This document shows, piece by piece, positions 51,960-63,278 of a DNA stretch of 63,278 nucleotides. How positions within the stretch are numbered: the first letter of the stretch is position 1; each line of letters opens with the position of its first letter. Made by a program: the position numbers and the translations under genes. Below the pieces are notes generated by a model. That model had not been told where the DNA came from. It ran no database searches and saw only the letters and a list, made by a program, of their open reading frames with translations. This DNA is from Chiloscyllium plagiosum (Eukaryota), in NCBI RefSeq assembly GCF_004010195.1, contig NC_057719.1, forward strand, positions 78,386,898 to 78,450,175, read 5' to 3'.

Positions 51960-52290
51960 TAAGTGACCTGAATTGCCAATTCAGATGGTAATTCAGTACC
52001 AATCACATTGCTTCACTGATTTACATGCTGGAGTTCCACATAGCTGGATAATGATGGTGGATTCTCACTCCTGGGGGACATCAGTGAATGTAGTATTTTT
52101 TTTAATGACACTTGGGTACTTACATGATTGCCTTTACCAAAGCTACATTCATTTTTTAAAAAAATTCAGATTTATTCAATTAACTGATTGTAAATTTCTC
52201 AGTTGCCATGGTGGGATTTGAATTGCCTCGGGATCGATAGTCCAGGCTTTTGGTTTAGTTCATCCTTCAGGTTAACCACAATGCTCCTGT
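51960..52290 (-). mobile_element. tRNA-derived SINE remnant (same group as 37072-37178)
   Basis: gccatggtgggatttgaa is the reverse complement of the ttcaaatcccatcatg motif. Confidence 0.6.
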
Positions 52291-52468
52291 TTCTAATGAT
52301 ATCAGTGTGAACTTCAGCCTATTTATTAATAAACCATATAATTAATCCTAATATATGGAGAATGTTTCCAGTTTAGTTCATACTTTAGAGATTGTGTTTC
52401 TTGTCGTATAAAGCCTGTGGAGTTAATTCAGTGCGAGAGTGAATACATGCTCAGTAGGGTCCATGCTA

Positions 52469-52743
52469 ATAGATTAGATTCCCTACAGTGTGGAAACAGG
52501 CCCTTTAGCCCAACAAGTCCACACCGACCCTCTGAACAGCAACCCACCCAGACCCATTCCCCTACATTTACCCCTTCACCTAACACTACGGGCAATTTAG
52601 CATGGCCAATTCACCTAACCTGCACATCTTAGTGACTGTGGGAGGAAACCGGAGCACCCAGAGGAAACCCATCCACACAGATAGTCGCCCAAGGCTAGAA
52701 TCGAACCTGGGACCCTGGCGCTGTGAGTCAGCTGTGCTAACCA
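52469..52743 (-). mobile_element. HE1-type SINE (internally deleted)
   Basis: (tagat)n tail, body and antisense B-box gaatcgaacc. Confidence 0.88.
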
Positions 52744-52744
52744 A

Positions 52745-52900
52745 TTTAAGACAGAGATAGACAGGTTTTTGATTGGTAAGAGGATCAAGAGTTATAAGGT
52801 GAAAGAAGGAGAATTGGATAAAGAAACATATCAGTTATGACCAAATGGTAGAGCTGACTCGATGGGCTGAATGGCCTAATTCTGCACTTATGTCTTATGG
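52745..52900 (+). mobile_element. CR1 3' tail
   Basis: gactcgatgggctgaatggcctaattctgc. Confidence 0.75.
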
Positions 52901-52938
52901 AAACATCCAGAAAGAGTCTGGAGCCCAGATTTTATTTT

Positions 52939-53255
52939 TAGATTAGATTACTTAGTGTGGAAACGGGCCCTTCGGCCTAACAAGTCCACACCGACCCTCC
53001 GAAGAGCAATCCACCCAGACCCATTCCCCTACATTTACCCCTTCAACTAACACTACGGGCAATTTAGCATGGCCAATTCACTTAACCTGCACATCTTTGG
53101 ACTGTGGAAGGAAACTGGAGCACCCAGAGGAAACCCACGCAGACACGGGGAGAAAGTACAAACTCCACACAGACAGTTGCCCGAGGTGGGAAATGAACCC
53201 GGGTCTCTGGCGCTGTGAGGCAGCAGTGCTAACCACTGTGCCACCGTGCCACCCC
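52939..53255 (-). mobile_element. Full-length HE1-type SINE
   Basis: Reverse complement matches 42013-42368 and 56620-56920. Confidence 0.92.
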
Positions 53256-53899
53256 ATGTCTGTTTGAAAGCCTGGTATTAGCAACAGTTCTGTTTAAATC
53301 ATTGATTTTACAGGGATGCAAACTTGCCTGAAGTAGCTTAAAAGGTTAAACACACATCTGGTTCACCAGCACGTGCGGGTTTGTCACATCCAATTCTCAA
53401 TTTAAAAAAAATTCCTTTACATCGTGATGAAAGCAATTCCCTACATTCACTGAAGATCTGGAGTCCATTGGTTGACTCTCTACCACAGGTTTCGGGGTAA
53501 GGGACTGAGAAGGTGCACAGACTTTGCACAATACTGCAGGTCCTGGTGGAGGGCGTTGTGAGGGAGATGGATACCCATACCTCGGAAAGGCAGCTCCTGC
53601 TGCCCTCCCTGCCTTCATGCCCACCTCCAGACCAAGCAGACTGGTCCCTGTCAAAATGCTGCTGAGCAAAGACACCTTTTCTCTTGGTCATCTTTGTCGG
53701 GGTCTAATAAAGTGGAGTAACACAATTGGGAATGGGAGTCATAGATTATGGAGTGGGTTCATGATGCTGTACCCAGTTTTGTATTATTAGTGTTTCTGCC
53801 GCTTCCATATGTCATCATCCACCACCACCACCACTCTTCACTCCAATGTCCCTGCTGCAGGGGATCAATGTTGACACTTTTGTGTATTCGATCCCTGCC

Positions 53900-54300
53900 A
53901 CAGACCTTGCTATTGATTCCCTCCTCTCCTCTGGATACTGTCTCAGGCTAAACCACAGTGTTTACTATCTTGGCACATTATTCAGCCATGTGTTTACAGT
54001 GTCCATCGGTGTAATTTTAGCTGCCTCTATCCTTGTCTGAAAATATCTGCTGATGAAATGTTCATCCATGCATTTGCGTCTCTCAACTCAATAATTCCAG
54101 TGTTTGGCTGGCCAGCTTCTCATCATCCAGTCTGTTTAAACTTCAGCTCATCCAAAGTATTGCTGATCATTTCATACTTTTAATGTTCTCCCAATTGTCA
54201 CAAATTTACAACTTTCAGCTTTGTGTTTAAAACTGCCCCGGTTTCCTAGTCTTTGAAACCTTTTCCAACACTGCTGCCTGTTCCCACTGTCCTGAATTGT
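53900..54300 (+). mobile_element. L2 LINE C-terminal fragment
   Basis: LRLNHSVYYLG, FIHAF and LFKLQLIQSIA motifs across frameshifts. Confidence 0.65.
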
Positions 54301-54412
54301 TCATGCCTACTGCTCCTCTGTTGCTGGCTTCTTCTGCGTTATCCCTTTCCCACTATTTCCAGCTGTATCTTTAGCTACTCCAGCACATCCTTCTCTCTGC
54401 TGCTCCCTTAAG

Positions 54413-54510
54413 ATTCCTGATGAAGGGCTCCTGCCTAAAACGTTGATTTTTCCTGCTCCTCAGATGCTGCCTGACCTGCTGTGCTTTTCCAGCACCACTC
54501 TAATCTCTCC
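54413..54510 (+). mobile_element. Penelope-derived short insertion (family 1)
   Basis: attc-CTGATGA-agggc-tcct-gcct-AAAA-CGTT followed by the family-1 body. Confidence 0.78.
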
Positions 54511-54879
54511 TCAATTAAGACCCCATCTGAGATCACATCATATCATTTAACTCTCTATTTCTCACTGGGGTTTACTAAATGTTGTATCACTTCATTCCCA
54601 TTTTCCCACTGGTTTTATTAATTTGTTTAGCTGTCTCTGAAACATTATAGAGATGTATACAGCATAGAAAGAGGCCCTTTGGCCCATATGTTCTCTCAAC
54701 ATATGCTAATTGACTTGTTCTCTGTTTTCACTATGTTCTGTTCTGCCAGCTTTTTCCTTTAAAGCATTTTTATATCCCTTCAAAGCAAATATGTAGTGTT
54801 TGTTTTGCCTTTCTTGTTTAAATTTCTCTTTGAGTAAGATGCTACTTTGTACTCCACAAAATGATACATAGTATACACT

Positions 54880-55102
54880 AATATGTTGGGGTCCTCAGCA
54901 ATAGGCATACATCAGACTGCCTGATCCACAACATTGGTGAAAATATTTGGCTAAATTCCCAGGGGTCATTTTCCTCCAATACCTTCTGGGAAATTTTCTC
55001 ATCAACCTGTCCAGAGCTGCTATTATTCCCTTTGGGAGCAGGGGACACTTGAACCTCCTGGCTGAAAGGTAGGGATGCTACCACTGCATCAAAAGAGCCC
55101 CT
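54880..55102 (-). mobile_element. tRNA-derived SINE remnant
   Basis: ggacacttgaacctcctggctgaaaggtagggatgctaccactgc. Confidence 0.55.
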
Positions 55103-55529
55103 CATGCTGCAGAGCAGCTAGGTAGTCCAGATAGGGCTTCAACCAAATAGTTGGAGGCGATTTAGGGGTCCTTTTCCTGCTGGATGTTTGAAAATTGCCT
55201 TTCTAACACATTGTCATCACGAACACTCAAACTTTTTTACCTGAAAATTCCCTGAAAATTTCATCTAAAGCAATTACATTTTTATGCCTACATTGAAATC
55301 CATTTGCTACAGCTTTTTTCCATTCCCTTATTAACACTTGATAATGTTATACTTCAATCTACTCAGGCTACAATGGCAAATGTAGATATGTAGATTTTTA
55401 TCCTACCATCAAAGTGAATATTTGAGACTGCAACACATCTGTGCAGGACACCACTAATCATATTAGAGTGCCTGCCTGTTATTGCTATATTCTGTCTTCT
55501 GTTGCTCAGCTAACTTTCTATCAAGGGTC

Positions 55530-56480
55530 AATAATTTACCTCCAATTCCATAACCACCAACTTTATCTGACACATTGCTCAGAAGTTATCAAATGCCTCC
55601 TGAATGTTCATAAAAGTGACATGAACAGAAGCCCTGGTGTCTATTACTTTAAAGACCTTTTTAAAACTTTTTTTGTCATTTGTCAGACATGACCTACCCT
55701 TCTTTAAATCCATGCTGCTGCTCTCTGATAAGTTGGAAATTTAAGGTGTTTGGTCAGCCTGTGTAATTAGCAGCTCTAATGATTTCCAGGCAATAGCTGT
55801 TAGGCTAACTGGTCTATAACTCATGGTTCTACTTCACACATTTCTCACATAGGGGAGTGAACGGGAATAGCTTTCCAATTTGAATTAACACCTATGTCCT
55901 TTAAAATTTGGTAAAGAAACTATCAAGACCTCTGGGGTATTGTCACTGTTTAGAGCCTTATTTTATTCATAACTTTTTTTTACATTTTGAACCTCTGACC
56001 TCCATTTAGTGTTAGCTTCCTTGCAATGGCTAGCCAGGAGACCTTTTACTCTCCATACTGATACAAGTAATTATTTAGCACGTCTGCCATTTCTTTATTT
56101 TCATTTCCCATTTCAGAACTCAGCTCTTTTTTAAAAGAGAGTTCACATTGTCCTGATCCTTCCTGCTTTTGCGTAATGAAAGGGAAGTGTTGATTTTGAT
56201 ATCCCTTGCAAGTTTCTCTCTATATTTCCTGTTTGTATTTCCTTCTTTCTGTCTTGTTGCCCTTTGCTGTTTCTTGTATTTTTCCTACTCACCTGTATGT
56301 GCTCTTGTTCTACATTTATATAATGCTTTTTTCTTTACATTTAATGTTTCTGTTACCTAGTTTGTTTATGTTTTCTAAAATAGAACAATTATTTCTTCAG
56401 GTATAAAGCATCAATTGTTTTTGAACATCTTTCACCGATTATTCTAATGTATCCATTTCCAAAGAAAACTTCAAGAATGT
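55530..56480 (-). mobile_element. Old CR1 RT fragment
   Basis: Antisense of YRPVSL (ggctaactggtctataa) and QHGF (aatccatgctg). Confidence 0.65.
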
Positions 56481-56619
56481 GAGAAATTTGCACAGTTTGC
56501 TGTAGGCATTTTCTATATCATCCTACTGAAGTAAATCTTGCCTAAATCCAGAATTCTAACAGCAGTTTTGTATTTCCCATGTATTGAACATTTATGTTGA
56601 ACTCGATAGTATTCTGGTT

Positions 56620-56920
56620 GGGGTGGCACGGTGGCTTAGTGGTTAGCACTGCTGCCTCACAGCGCCAGGGACCTGAGTTCGATTCCAGCCTCTGACGACT
56701 GTCTGTGTGGAATTTGCACATTCTCCCCGTGTCTGCGTGGGTTTCCTCCCACAGTCCATTGATGTGCAGGTCAGGTAAATTGGCCACGCTAAGTTCCCTA
56801 TCGTGTTAGGTGCATTAGTCAGAGGGAAATGGGTCTGGGTGGGTTACTCTTCGGAGGGTAAGTGTGCACTTGGTGGGCCTGTTTCCATGCTGTCTGGAAT
56901 CTAATAAAATCTAATCTAAT
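56620..56920 (+). mobile_element. HE1-type SINE
   Basis: A-box tggcttagtggttagc, B-box gagttcgattcc and (atcta)n tail. Confidence 0.92.
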
Positions 56921-57571
56921 GAATATTGTTAATTAGATGTTGTGCATTGTTAGGCATCTAACTAAATCTGTCTCGTTACTCATTATTAAACCTGAGACAC
57001 TTTACTTTAAAATTTTGTAAAGAAACCATCACTTTATTCAGCGAGGACATTTTGCTGTAGGAAACCATCTTTGGTATTTGCCAGAAATTCTACTATTTTT
57101 CTAATATGTGCAATTCTGCTTTTCACAATCTCTATAAAACTCCCATTAAAGCCGTTCTGCCTTTGTGACACGCTTGTCTAATCTCGGCAGTTATACAATC
57201 TGTCATTATGTAGCTGCTACCAGGCAGTTTGGATTACGTATTAAATCTTTCTTTTTAATTCCATCTGTAACATCTCCGCTGTCTATTTGCCCCTCCGTCA
57301 TATCAGACTGAAGAGGAGGTCCTGGCTATGCCACATTCATGGATTGTCACTCATGACTTTGTTGGGGATTTTTATTTTGGTATGGTCAGGCTGAAATTGG
57401 ATTGGAGGCATTCAACACAAATTACAGGAGAGAGGCTGGAGATGGTGAAAATTACTTGGAAGTCAGAGTTGTCTGAATATTCACAAGGACTGAGATTACA
57501 GGAGGATTTTTAAAAGGGAGGTAGATGGGGACCGTTTTAAAAGAATGAGCAAGACCTGGCAAAAGTGGTGC

Positions 57572-57661
57572 TGCTCCTCAGATGCTGCCTGAACTGCTGT
57601 GCTTTTCCAGCACCACTAATCCAGAATCTGGTTTCCAGCATCTGCAGTCATTGTTTTTACC
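57572..57661 (+). mobile_element. Truncated Penelope-derived insertion (family 1)
   Basis: 12-bp TSD caaaagt(g/a)gtgc at 57560-57571 and 57662-57673. Confidence 0.8.
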
Positions 57662-58509
57662 CAAAAGTAGTGCAATGGCAACTAAATGTATTTGCCTGCA
57701 CAACGGTAGTATTGCATTACAAAAATGGCATTGGGTTGTGAATGAAAGGAACTCTGTAAATTCATTTTTTTTTTCCAACATTTCTCCATTACTACTGAGA
57801 TTTGATTTTACGTTGGTTGGTTTCCTCTCCAGTATTCACTAAGCCATGTGTTCAGTCAGATGGGACCTTTTTCTTTCTACTTGATCAAGTGATGATCATC
57901 AGGGGTTTAATCTAAGAAGCTTTATTTTTATACCAACTCACTATTAGTTTATTTGCTGGGCGGCAATAACTGTCCTTTCATTTCAGGGGGCTCCCCTGAT
58001 GACCATTAATGTAATTTAATCTGACAATTACTAGTAGAACAGGAAACTGTATTATGAATTCATTTGGCAGATGGATTTGTCACTGGCAGTAACATTCAGG
58101 GGAAAAATGTTCTAATTAAAAAAAAATCTCTAAATTAACCCAGAAAAATCATCTTTGCATGAAATGGCTTTTATTAGGACCACGACGAATAAAGTGAGAT
58201 GTTTGGATAGTTTATGTTTGTTTTCTGGGTGCGTCAATTGCCATGAAATCTCCAAATTGCACATTTGGTCATTAGGAATGACACACTTGTTTGGTGAAGA
58301 GGATTAAACACTATATTAACAAGGGCCTGAGCATGTGTGTTGTGAATGTCATTGGAAAGTACATAGAGGGCGTATCATTACATAAATCCTGTTACAATGC
58401 TAGTGACAGTTTGGAAATTGACACTTAAATTGTTGCTCCCTTTTAATCTAGCACTTGTTCAGCAGGTGGAGGGACACCATAATTATTGAAAATGACTGAA
58501 AAGTACTTG

Positions 58510-59686
58510 CAAACCATTTAAATAAATGACCAGCAGTGGACCCAGCACCGATCTTTGGCACACTGCTAGTCACAGGCCTCCAGTCAGAAAAGCAATCCTG
58601 CACCACCACCCTCCGCCTTCTACCTTTGAGCCAGTTCTGTATCCAAATGGCTAGCTCTCCCTAGATTCCATGTGATCTAACCTTGCTCACCAGTCTACCA
58701 TGCAGAACTTTGTTGAACACATTACTAAAGTCTATAAAGATAGGTTTTTTGTGAGCATAGGAGGTATAGTTAATAAGTTTGCAGATGACACCAAAATTGG
58801 AGGCGTAGTGGACAGCCAAGAAGGTTACCTCCGAATACAATGAGATCTTGATCAGATGGGCCAGTGGGCCAAGGAGTAGCAGATGGAGTTTAATTTAGAT
58901 ATACGCAAGATGTTGTATTTTGGAAAGGCAAATCATGACAGGACTTATACACTTAATGGTAAGGTCCTGGGGAGTGTTGCTGAACAGAGACCTTGGAATG
59001 CTGGTTCACAGTTCCTTGAAAGTGGAGTCTCAGGTTGACAGGGTAGTGAAGAAGGCATTTGGTATGCTTTTCTTTATTGGTCAGAGCATTGAGTATATGA
59101 GTTGGGAGGTCATGTTGCAGCTGTACAGGACATTGGTTAGACGACTTTTGGATTAATGTGAGCAGTTCTGGTCTCCCTGCTGTCAGAAGGATGTTGTGAA
59201 ATCTGAAAGGGTTCAGAAAAGATTTGCAAGGACATTGCCAGGGTTGGAGAGTTTGAGCTATTGGGAGAGGCTGAATGGGCAAGGGCTTGTTTTCTCTGGA
59301 ATGTCAGAGGCTGAGGGGTGACCTCACTTAAAGGTTTGTAAAATCATAAAGGGCATGGATAGGATGAATAGACAAGGTCTTCCTCCTGGGGTGAGGGAGT
59401 CCAGAACTAGAGGGCAGAGGTTTAGGGTGAGAGGGGGAAGACTTAAAATGGATCTAAGGAGCAACCTTTTCATGCAGAGAGTGATCTGTGTATGAAATGA
59501 GCTGTCAGAGGAAACGGTGGATGCTGGTACAATTACAACACTTAAAAGGCATTTGGATGGGTATATGAATAGTAAAGCTTTAGAGGGATATGGGCCAAGT
59601 GCTGATAAATGGGACTAGATTTATTTAGGATATTTGATGAGTTGGACCAAAGGGTCTGTTTCTATGCTGTACAGCTCTGACTCTAA
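58510..59686 (+). mobile_element. CR1 LINE with inverted 5' segment (58510-58742 minus; 58750-59686 plus)
   Basis: Minus part encodes DFSNVFNKVLHGRL...WIQNWL...WRPVTS. Plus part resumes at SIGGIVNKFADDTKIGG and runs to the 3' tail. Confidence 0.9.
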
Positions 59687-61344
59687 GTTAGTTGACTGCT
59701 GTGAGCCGGCAAGAACTTGGTGTTTTCCTTATTTATAATGTGCAAATGAAGTTGGCCATTTTTGTATGCTGGCAAGGTCAAGCTCCAAGTGGAAAGTTGG
59801 TGTTGGAGTCCTCCATTAACATTGGCTGTAGGTTTTCTAACAGACTTCCAATTGTGTTGGCGGTCTCATCAACGTGCCCTTCAAGTGTTCTGCAGGAGAG
59901 TCCATGACAGCCTTGCCTTCCAACAAATTTAAGCTGATGTTGTCCTCGCCTTGTGCCTTAGCTGCAGCATACTCTTGCTCAACGTTTCACCACTTGTGGG
60001 TCCCAGCTCCACCACACATGGAATTTCAGGAACTAAGCAGGTATCTTGTTTTGTCGTCTTCATTGCTGTCTTGTCGGTCTTAGCATCTTGCCTGGCCAGG
60101 TTGCACTGCTTGGGTAGGTAAGAGGAAAATGCATTAGGATAACTTGGGCCACAGGGACAAAGGAACAATGAGAAGTGCATGCATCACCTTTGGTTTGAGT
60201 GTGGGCTGAGAGGTAGATGCAATGGGAGAGGAGAATTAAGAATGAAGACATTTCCTATTGTTTTAACCCCGCCTCATCATTGGGTGACTACCTTCATGGG
60301 GAACATTTTAAGACTAAAACTTGGACGAGTCCCCGCTCTTGTCAGTTTCTAGACCTTCTGAATAGCTCGGTTGAAGCAGGTTGATGTGTCTACTAAATCC
60401 CATACAATCTGATGGGCTGATATGGCTGTCACTGTTGAATAGCTATCATTGAGGACAAGCATGGTGGGACTTGTAGCAGTACGAAATGTGAGAGGGTGAG
60501 GTGAAGCAAAGAAATGTTAGGTAGGGGACTTGATAGAGGTTTTGGGTAGATGTGTGGTGAATTTGGCAGCACCTAAGGCCAGTGATGCAGTTGATATGAT
60601 ACCACATTTGCAGCTGTAAACACCGACCTTCACCGCCCATATGAGGCCATTGAACTACTTATGGTATTGCATTCCTCTGGGCTTAGATTGCTGATGTTGC
60701 CCTCTGGTAATTTGCTCACACTTTTTTTTTTAACGTGCCTTTAGGATATTGTTGCCTCAAGTGCAGATTAACACTTTCCTCTGTCCACCAGCCCCATCAA
60801 GGCTTTCCATGCAAGTTTGCAAGCCATGTCATCTGTTTACTGCCATATTGTACCATGCTTCATTATTTCTAAGGTTAGGTTCACTTCCTGAATGAGTGCC
60901 AATGCTCAAAGGAGAGCTGCAGGCTAGTTTTAAATGATGCTTGTAAGTCATGGTTTTACAGCTGTGGGTGCTTCACTGATTCAAATAGCCAACAGGTAAC
61001 ATGGCTACATGCAGCAATCAGCTCAATGTGCAGCAACATAAAGTTGCCCCAATACCTATGTCCCCATGAAAGGGTGTGGGCTAATCACACATTGAAATCC
61101 TAGAGCCTGATTTTTGAGGCTTCAGCTTAGTCCTCGTCATCGTTCAGCTACAGGATATATCCCAAACATTCACTACTTGAGGTTAAATCTACTTAAACTA
61201 AGCTCAAACATTGTCAGTCAGTGTGCTGGGACATGAAACATGAATCTCATTTTCACCTTAAAAGAACAATTTTAACATCAGGAGCTTTTTAGCAAGCTTG
61301 ATTCCATTGCAGCTAGAACTCTATCCTTTGCTGGCTGCCACGTA

Positions 61345-61897
61345 GCCTAGAAATTCACTATGTCCATAAAGACCCTTAACAATTTTTATAGATGTCCCAT
61401 TGAAAGGACTCCATTGTATGCATCACAGTTTGGTATGGCAACTGCTCTACCCAGGACTGTAAGACACTACAGAGTTCGGAATGCAACCCAGTCCATCTAA
61501 TGACTCAGTTGACATCCCTTCCATCCATTGACTCCATCACACTTCTCACTGCCTCAGGAAGGCAGCCAGCATCATCAAAGATCCCTCCCACCCTGATTAT
61601 TATCTCTATCAACCTCTTCCGTCAGGCAGAAGATTCAAAAGCTTAACACACGTACCAACAGATTCAAGAACAGCTTCTTCCCCACTGTTATTAGACTTCT
61701 GAATGAACCTTTCAAATTTTAAACATAATTTTGGTCTTGCATTTTTGTGCACCTTCTCTGCAGCTGTAACATTGTATTCCTCACTCTTCTGTTATCCTAA
61801 TCAACTTTGTATTGTATGATATGCTTGGACTGCCTGCAAAATAAAGGTTTTGCTCTACCTAGGTACACGTGACAATAATAAATAAAATAAAATCAAA
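61345..61897 (+). mobile_element. Rex1/Babar-clade LINE 3' end
   Basis: TLNNFYRCPIE, CITVWYGNCS, PLPSGRRFKS and RFKNSFFPTVIRLLN, with an A-rich (aataa)n tail. Confidence 0.85.
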
Positions 61898-62231
61898 ACT
61901 GTAAAGTTTCTGTTGGTACAAGTGATATCCACTCAATTATAACATCATCTTTGGACCTTCATTCATATTTATTAATAGTTTTCCAAGAACTCGCCCTGTC
62001 CACTTGCACTTGTCTAACATGGAAAATGGACAGAAAATCAGCCAGCGTTTCAGGAAAACAAAATTAAACTTACATTAAACTCATGCATATAATGAAGAGG
62101 TTTAAAAATGTGTTGTTCCCATTTTAGATGTGATTGGGTCTGCATTTTCTGTTTTTATTTAAGATTTTCTGTATTTGTAGCTTGTTTTCTAATAGCAGTA
62201 GTCCAGCTGCGTCATTGTTTTTTATTTCTGT

Positions 62232-62411
62232 GCACATGGTGTTCGGGGCAAAATACTGACTTGGATTGAAAATTGGTTGGCTGACAGGAAACAAAGAGTA
62301 GTGATCAACGGCTCCCTTTCGGAATGGCAGGCAGTGACCAGTGGTGTGCCGCAGGGATCAGTGCTGGGACCACATCTTTTTACAATGTACATTAGTAAAA
62401 TAGATGAAGGT
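62232..62411 (+). mobile_element. CR1 RT fragment
   Basis: [13 protein letters not shown]...[16 protein letters not shown]. Confidence 0.88.
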
Positions 62412-62564
62412 ATTTGTTGGCTAGCAGTTTCATTATATAACTTCGAAATAATTTTGGACATCCAGCAGACATTTTTAATTTGAAAGACTTTGATTTCTTG
62501 ATGACATTTGATATTCCTCAAATGAAGCAGTTTTTAATATTTTTCCTCAATAGTTTTTAAATAT

Positions 62565-63278
62565 TATAGACAGTAGACGCAGGAGTAGGCCATTCTGCCC
62601 TTTGAGCCAGCACCACCATTCATTATGATCATGGCTGATCATCCTCAATCAGTATCCTGTTCCTGTCTTATCCCCATAACCCTTGATTCCCCAATCCTTA
62701 AGAGCTCTATCCAACTCTTTCATGAATGTATCCAGAGACCTGGCCTCCACAGCCTTCTGGGGCAGAGCATTCCATACACCCACCACTCTCTGGGTGAAGG
62801 CATTTCTCCTCAACTCTGTTCTAAGTGACCTACCCCTTATTTTTAAACTGTGTCCTCTGGTTTGGGACTCACCCATCAGTGGAAACATGCCTCCTGCCTC
62901 CAGAGTGTCCAATCTTTTAATAATCTTATACGTCTCAAATAGATCCCCTCTCAGCCTTCTAAACTCAAGCGTATACAAGCCCAGTCGCGCCAATCTTTCA
63001 GTGTAAGGTAGTCCCACCATTCCGGGAATTGACCTCGTGAACCTACGCTGCACTCCCTCAATAGCCAGAATGTCTTTCCTCAAATCTGGAGACCAGAACT
63101 GCACACAATATTCCAAGTGCGGTCTCATCAGGGCCCTGTACAGCTGCAGAAGGACCTCTTTGCTTCTACACTCAATTCCTCTTGTTATGAAGGCCAGCAT
63201 GCTATTAGCTTTCTTCACTGCCTGCTGTACCTGCATGCTTACCTTCATTGACTGGTGTACAAGAACACCCAGATCTCT
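62565..63278 (-). mobile_element. Relatively young CR1 LINE (continues beyond the window)
   Basis: Uninterrupted ORF2 C-terminus plus 3' tail. Confidence 0.95.
62649..63248 (-). CDS. CR1 ORF2 (RT C-terminal region), partial, open to the stop codon
   Basis: 199-aa ORF: AVKKANSMLAFI...LMRPHLEYCVQFWSP...RRLRGDLFETYKI...FTQRVVGVWNALP. Confidence 0.85.
   Translation of the reverse strand: MKVSMQVQQAVKKANSMLAFITRGIECRSKEVLLQLYRALMRPHLEYCVQFWSPDLRKDILAIEGVQRRFTRSIPGMVGLPYTERLARLGLYTLEFRRLRGDLFETYKIIKRLDTLEAGGMFPLMGESQTRGHSLKIRGRSLRTELRRNAFTQRVVGVWNALPQKAVEARSLDTFMKELDRALKDWGIKGYGDKTGTGY

Overview
Repeat-dense vertebrate genomic DNA, very probably from a shark. It carries HE1-type SINEs and the CR1 families typical of elasmobranchs. 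No host protein-coding gene can be recognised with confidence, so it looks like a long intron or intergenic region. Almost all ORFs in the track are fragments or antisense reads of retrotransposons. Contents: many decayed CR1-group LINEs (one near-full-length copy at ~33.5-38.8 kb with ORF1 esterase, endonuclease and RT, carrying nested insertions), L2, Tx1 and Rex1/Babar fragments, HE1 and other tRNA-derived SINEs, two LTR-like segments, a Tigger/pogo-like MITE, microsatellites and local duplications. The most notable signal is a set of at least four families of short, often fold-back, Penelope-derived insertions. Many have 8-15 bp target-site duplications. They carry minimal type I hammerhead ribozyme cores (CTGANGA-stem II-GAAA-NNUH), and their 5'/fold-back breakpoints cluster just upstream of the core. 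Other points: a twin-priming-like 5' inversion in a CR1, a template-switch perfect palindrome inside a duplicated CR1 unit, and an unexplained coding-like region at ~0.3-1.9 kb containing a candidate 96-nt transmembrane exon. Family names come from motif recognition by eye, not from database searches, and element boundaries are approximate.
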